Below, piece by piece: positions 53,179 through 57,469 of a stretch of 57,469 bases of DNA (position 1 is the first letter of the stretch; every line of letters starts with the position of its first letter). The stretch spans positions 1 through 57,469 of the forward strand of contig CACWSW010000022.1 in the NCBI GenBank assembly GCA_902763655.1, read 5' to 3'. The DNA is from an uncultured bacterium. GTDB taxonomy: Bacteria > Verrucomicrobiota > Kiritimatiellia > RFP12 > UBA1067. Under the pieces are notes generated by a model that saw only the letters and a list, made by a program, of their open reading frames with translations, searched no databases and was not told the origin of the DNA. A program made the translations under genes and the position numbers.

Positions 53179-56100
53179 ACGAGTGCGTGCCTGGCAGGAG
53201 GACGCGACTCTGGTCGTGCCAGACGAATTCGCCCGTCGTGCCCGGCGGCACGGTGATCGTGACTGCCAGGCCGTCGCCCTTCTTCTCCCAGCGCGCGCGG
53301 ATGTCGCCGAAGTACGTGGGGACAGTCCCTTCGGCGAACGTGAGACCGTCCGTCTGGGGATGGAACGAGAACCGCTGGAATCCGGGCGTGAGCGGCACGA
53401 TGCCGAGAACGTAGGACGAGTAGATGCCGGCGATCGCAGTGTCCGGATGCGACTCGTCGCCCCAGCCCCTGTGATGGAGACCCATGCATTCGCTAACCGT
53501 TAGCGAACCCTTCCACGACGGATCGAGCAGCTTGTACCAGTTGTGGTCCTCCAACGCCTTCAGCGCGCCGGCCGCATCGCCGTACTCGTACTTGCCGCGC
53601 GCCGCAAGCGCCTGGAACTTGCCATGGCCATCGCGCTTAAGCTGCGGCATGATCCTGTCCGCCTCCTGCTGCGTCGCGAAGCGAACGGCAAGCGCGAGCG
53701 CGTTCGCGGTGAAGTTGAACGAGCCGTCCTCGATCGAAGTGCAGAAGAAACCGCCGTCGTCTTTCCAGAACGTCTTGCGAACCACGTCCGCGAACCGCTT
53801 CGCGTCCGCGCGCCACACCGCCGCCTCGTGGTCGTGCCGAAGCGCTGTCGCGATGGCCGCCGCGTCCTCGAGCGTCTTCCACAGGAGGATGTTCATGTAC
53901 GTACGGTGATGGAGCGAAGTGCCGCCGAACTGGAGTCCCGCAGCGTGCTTGCACGTCTCCTTGCGCTGCTCGAAGATGCCGTCGCCACGCCGGTGGGCGT
54001 TGAGGTAGCGCATGAGCGCCGCCACGTCCGGCCACACGTCGCGCAGAGTCTCGCGGTCCGCGGTGTAGAGGTAGTAGTCCCACGTCACCGGCACGAACCA
54101 AGCGGCGAACTCGTCGGACCCGAACGGACCGTAGTCGCCCGTAGGCGGACGCACGGAACGCTCCGCGTAGGGCGAGGCGTGGACGTAGCCCTCCGGCGTG
54201 CGGTTGAACGCGAGCATCTTCACGCTTCCCTTCATGTACGGCGATTCGCCGCCGAAGGCGTAGAACATGTTGCGCTCGGCCCACCACAGGTCGCCGCTCC
54301 AGATCAGACGGTCGCGCTTCGCGCCGTCGGCGATGTAAGGAAGCGTGCGCGCGTAGTCCCATCCATCGAGATCCATCAGGCTCTGCCCTCCAAGCGTCAT
54401 GTTCCACACCACGGGCCACGACTCCTTCGGCACGGAAAGCCCGATGCGGTCGCCCTTCTTCACCGGCACCTCCAGGTGACGCACCTCGTTCGTCGCGTCC
54501 TGCGCCACCGAGATGCGGTCTTCGCCTACGAGTATCTCGAACTTGCCGACTGGGAAGTGCGGGTTCGCGTCGAATTCGTAGTCGATGCGAAGCGTGCCGT
54601 CCGCCGCCGCAGGCTGCCGCCGCCAGCAATCGGCCTCGCCCTGCTCCAGCTTGCGCGGAAGGAGGCGCCCCGCGACGATGCGCCATGCGTCGTGGTTAGG
54701 GAAGCTCGCGAGCTGGCACGTCCACACGCTGATGTCCCAAAGGCGCGTCAGCCGGTCGTCGGAGCAGCGGAACGAGCCGCGGCGCGGCTCTGAGGAGAAC
54801 ACGTCCGCGTTGACGATCGCCAACGCTTCGATCGCCACCTCGCCCGGCGTGTCCAGCTGCACGCGCACGTAGCGCTCCTGCCCCTGGATGAGCGGCGCCA
54901 CGTAGAGGCCGGTGCGTCCGATGGAGTAGATCTCGTGCCGGTTGATGTTGCCGGGAAGGACGGGTATGTCGAAATCGGGACCCAGGTAGCGCGCGCTTGT
55001 CTCGCGCGAGAAGCATCCCTTCTCGCCCAGGCCGTCGGGATGGTTGGCGTAGGCGAGGCGCAGCGTGGGCCGCCCCTTCGCTTCCTTCACGCAGAAGACC
55101 GCGTACCCGCCCACGGACGGTCCGCCGAAATCCAGCGCGAGCACCGGCTTCTCGCCTGCACCGTCCCACGCGAGGCGGCAGACTTTCCCGTTCTTGGCAA
55201 CCAGCCCGGCGGCATCGGTCACGCCGCCGCGCGTGTACAGCACGTCCTTCGGCATCGCCGCATCCGCGGACAGCACGACGCGCGGGGACGTCTCGCCCGC
55301 TATGAGCACGTCCTCGAACTTCATGTTGCGGAACGGACGCGCGGGCGTGTCGTCGAAGATCGACGGCTCGCGCACCTTCCCGCGCACATGCCGGAAGGTG
55401 ATACCGTCGAAGACGCTCTTCGTCGCGTGCTTGTAGTAGAACTTGCAGAATGCCTTCGCGTCGATCGTCATGTCGCGGAACGACACGTTCGAGATGTCTA
55501 CGCCGGGCTCGGGACGCGACCACGCGCCGACGGCGTTGACGGCGTAGCGCGTGTTCTCGATGCAGATGTCCGCGAACGAGCAGTCGCGGATGCGGCCGTT
55601 GCCCACTCCGAGGCGTATGGCGTTGCAGTCGGACGAGAACGTGCAGTTGGACACCGTCACGTCCGCGCAGGGACCGTCGTTCTTGAGGCGGTTCTGCCCC
55701 GCCGCACGGATGGTGATGGAGTCGTCGGCCGTGAAGATGCGGCAGCCTGTCACGCGCACGCGGCGCGACGAGTCGATGTCAAGCCCGTCGCCGTTGTACG
55801 TGTGCGGATGGCGAACCGTGTGGATGTAGGCGTTGTCCACCGTCACGTCCTCGCAGCCGTAGACGAAGCAGCTCCAGTACGGAGCGTCGGCCAGCTCGAT
55901 GTCGCGGATCGTGATGTTTCGCGACTCCACGAACCACACCATCTGCGCCGGACGCCACGGAATCTTGAGCTTGTTCGCCGGATGCGAGCCGTCGGGCATC
56001 TTGAGGAACGCCTTCACGTTGCCGTCCACCTTGCCAGGCCCGCGCAGTGTGACGTTCTTCTGCTCGATGCAGAGGATGAGGTGGCCGCCGCTTATGTTGT

Positions 56101-56434
56101 CGCCGCTGCCTAGCCTGCCCCAGTTCTGCGGCGCGACGTCGAGCGCGTTGTAGTCCGCCGGATCGGGGCTACCCTTGAGCGTCGCGTCCTCGGCGAGATG
56201 GAAGTCGACTCCGCTCTTCAGGAACACGGAGCCGCAGAGATACGTGCCCTTGGGAAGCAGCACCTCGCCGCCACCCGCAGCGCTTGCAGCGTCGACGGCC
56301 TTCTGCACCGCGACAGTGTCCTTGGATGTGCCGTCGCCCTTCGCGCCGTAGTCGCGCACGTTGAACACGGCTGCCTGCGCGGCGCAAGCCGCCATGGCGG
56401 CAAGGAGGCCGATCGAAAACGTTCTTGCCGTCAT
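53174..56434 (-). CDS. GH28-like beta-helix fused to GH78 alpha-L-rhamnosidase-like domain
   Basis: FNVRDYGAKGDG, AIQ-like VQKAVD, G.V.LPKGTYL.GSVFLKS, NGDGLD, ADD (GH28); GSFRCSDD.L..LW, DGAKRDRLIWSGD, SE, GTVPT.FGDI (GH78). Confidence 0.85.
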   Translation of the reverse strand: MTARTFSIGLLAAMAACAAQAAVFNVRDYGAKGDGTSKDTVAVQKAVDAASAAGGGEVLLPKGTYLCGSVFLKSGVDFHLAEDATLKGSPDPADYNALDVAPQNWGRLGSGDNISGGHLILCIEQKNVTLRGPGKVDGNVKAFLKMPDGSHPANKLKIPWRPAQMVWFVESRNITIRDIELADAPYWSCFVYGCEDVTVDNAYIHTVRHPHTYNGDGLDIDSSRRVRVTGCRIFTADDSITIRAAGQNRLKNDGPCADVTVSNCTFSSDCNAIRLGVGNGRIRDCSFADICIENTRYAVNAVGAWSRPEPGVDISNVSFRDMTIDAKAFCKFYYKHATKSVFDGITFRHVRGKVREPSIFDDTPARPFRNMKFEDVLIAGETSPRVVLSADAAMPKDVLYTRGGVTDAAGLVAKNGKVCRLAWDGAGEKPVLALDFGGPSVGGYAVFCVKEAKGRPTLRLAYANHPDGLGEKGCFSRETSARYLGPDFDIPVLPGNINRHEIYSIGRTGLYVAPLIQGQERYVRVQLDTPGEVAIEALAIVNADVFSSEPRRGSFRCSDDRLTRLWDISVWTCQLASFPNHDAWRIVAGRLLPRKLEQGEADCWRRQPAAADGTLRIDYEFDANPHFPVGKFEILVGEDRISVAQDATNEVRHLEVPVKKGDRIGLSVPKESWPVVWNMTLGGQSLMDLDGWDYARTLPYIADGAKRDRLIWSGDLWWAERNMFYAFGGESPYMKGSVKMLAFNRTPEGYVHASPYAERSVRPPTGDYGPFGSDEFAAWFVPVTWDYYLYTADRETLRDVWPDVAALMRYLNAHRRGDGIFEQRKETCKHAAGLQFGGTSLHHRTYMNILLWKTLEDAAAIATALRHDHEAAVWRADAKRFADVVRKTFWKDDGGFFCTSIEDGSFNFTANALALAVRFATQQEADRIMPQLKRDGHGKFQALAARGKYEYGDAAGALKALEDHNWYKLLDPSWKGSLTVSECMGLHHRGWGDESHPDTAIAGIYSSYVLGIVPLTPGFQRFSFHPQTDGLTFAEGTVPTYFGDIRARWEKKGDGLAVTITVPPGTTGEFVWHDQSRVLLPGTHSF

Positions 56435-56452
56435 TTGCTATGTACCTCGCGC

Positions 56453-57469
56453 CTACTTGATATCGCGGATGTACACCTGACGGCTGCCCTCGTGCACGGA
56501 GTTGAAGCCGATCTGCTTGCCGTCGGGACGGTAGCGCGCGTGGAGGTCGCAGCGCCAGTAGGTCTGGCGGTACGGCTCGGGCACGAAGAACGCGCCCATC
56601 GGCATCGTCATGCCGTCTGCAAGGCGGACCAACACGAACGGACGCTCGAAATTGCCGTTCCAGTACGTGTCGCCGCTCATGAACTTGCCGTCGGGAGAAT
56701 AGATGCAGTGCCAGTCCCAGTCGAGCACGCCCGCGCCGATGCGACGAACCTTCTCCTCCTCGCCGACCGTGAACTCCACGGGGCTCCACGCCGTGCGCCC
56801 CCACTCGCCCTTGATGTGTCCGTCCCACGCCGCCGTCACGAGCAGCTTCGGGCTGCCGTCGGGCGCCCAGTTGAAGTGCGAGCCGGCCCAACCGTCCTTG
56901 AAGCAGCGGCGCAGCTCCGTGCCGTCCTTGCGCACGGTGAAGGACGTCGTGTGCCAGCGCGACGCCTTGTGGATCTTCTTGTCGAACCAATCGACCGAGC
57001 GAGCAAGGAAGAAGATGTGCGAGCCGGCCTTGTCCTTCTGGATGACCGTGTGGCAGTAGTAGGCGAGAGGGTGGCCGGGCTTCTTCGGGTCCGCCTGCGT
57101 GGCGGGCATGAGGCTGCGTCCCTGCGCGACCGAGAGGATGAGCTTGTGCTCGCCGGTCTTGAGGTCCATCACCCACAGGCCGTCGTCCTCCGGCCACTCC
57201 ACGTCCTCGCGGGCGTCCTGTCCGGGACCGGCGTAGCCGTAGTCGGGACGCGTGAGGGAGAGGCGCGCGTAGTTGATCGAAACGGCCCACGTGCGGTCCT
57301 CGCTCACGGCGCTCACGGGAAGCGGCAGGATGCGCTCGGTCTTCGTCTTCCAGTTCATGATCACCGTCACGAACTTGCCGTTGCGCACGTCGTTGAAGAG
57401 AAGCGTGTCGTCGTCGATCCAGTGCGCCATCGCGGCCTCCTGGAAGTTCCAGCACGCCGTGGTGGTGAC
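56453..57469 (-). CDS. Beta-propeller (TolB/oligogalacturonate-lyase-like) hypothetical protein, 5' end outside the window
   Basis: Open frame runs to the window edge; WNFQ, HFNW, HC.YSPDG, CDLH.R..PDGKQI.FNS.HEG.RQVY motifs. Confidence 0.65.
   Translation of the reverse strand, partial: VTTTACWNFQEAAMAHWIDDDTLLFNDVRNGKFVTVIMNWKTKTERILPLPVSAVSEDRTWAVSINYARLSLTRPDYGYAGPGQDAREDVEWPEDDGLWVMDLKTGEHKLILSVAQGRSLMPATQADPKKPGHPLAYYCHTVIQKDKAGSHIFFLARSVDWFDKKIHKASRWHTTSFTVRKDGTELRRCFKDGWAGSHFNWAPDGSPKLLVTAAWDGHIKGEWGRTAWSPVEFTVGEEEKVRRIGAGVLDWDWHCIYSPDGKFMSGDTYWNGNFERPFVLVRLADGMTMPMGAFFVPEPYRQTYWRCDLHARYRPDGKQIGFNSVHEGSRQVYIRDIK

Noticed and set aside
1-57469. rRNA, tRNA, transposase, integrase or prophage genes
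   Set aside because: No recognisable signatures found by eye; intergenic gaps are mostly too short. Not checked with covariance models.

Overview
High-GC bacterial window. The style suggests the PVC superphylum, probably Kiritimatiellia-like; this is an inference from gene content, not a taxonomic assignment. It holds about 35 genes, almost all on the minus strand. The content is mostly secreted carbohydrate-active or carbohydrate-binding proteins: GH26, GH92, GH106, GH16 fusion, GH36-like, GH28+GH78 fusion, three clan GH-A-like barrels, a heparinase II/III-like lyase, a beta-helix protein, a LamG/PATR protein, and Gfo/Idh/MocA plus DUF1080. These are interleaved with fucO, two GDPDs, a lipid A-type acyltransferase, a LolC/E permease, a TetR-RND efflux operon, a HAD-ACP-DciA-like trio, SppA and TMEM43. 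I saw no rRNA, tRNA, CRISPR array, transposase or integrase. Most striking observation: a family of short GGGAG-footed palindromes (REP-like) sits in-frame inside protein-coding genes. Seven copies in three sites of the GH106 rhamnosidase encode about 70 aa, one eroded copy lies in another glycosidase-like gene, and related copies are intergenic. Other notable points: 7-nt tandem arrays that begin exactly at stop codons; a long hairpin containing both the RND stop codon and the next gene's ATG; a small lipoprotein-like peptide coupled to a radical SAM enzyme; a shared C-terminal G-T-x-x-x-F-R motif on two secreted proteins; a mosaic triplet of non-catalytic FGE/C-type-lectin-fold genes; several apparently leaderless promoters; and two apparent deletion lesions (fucO and a GH5-like gene).
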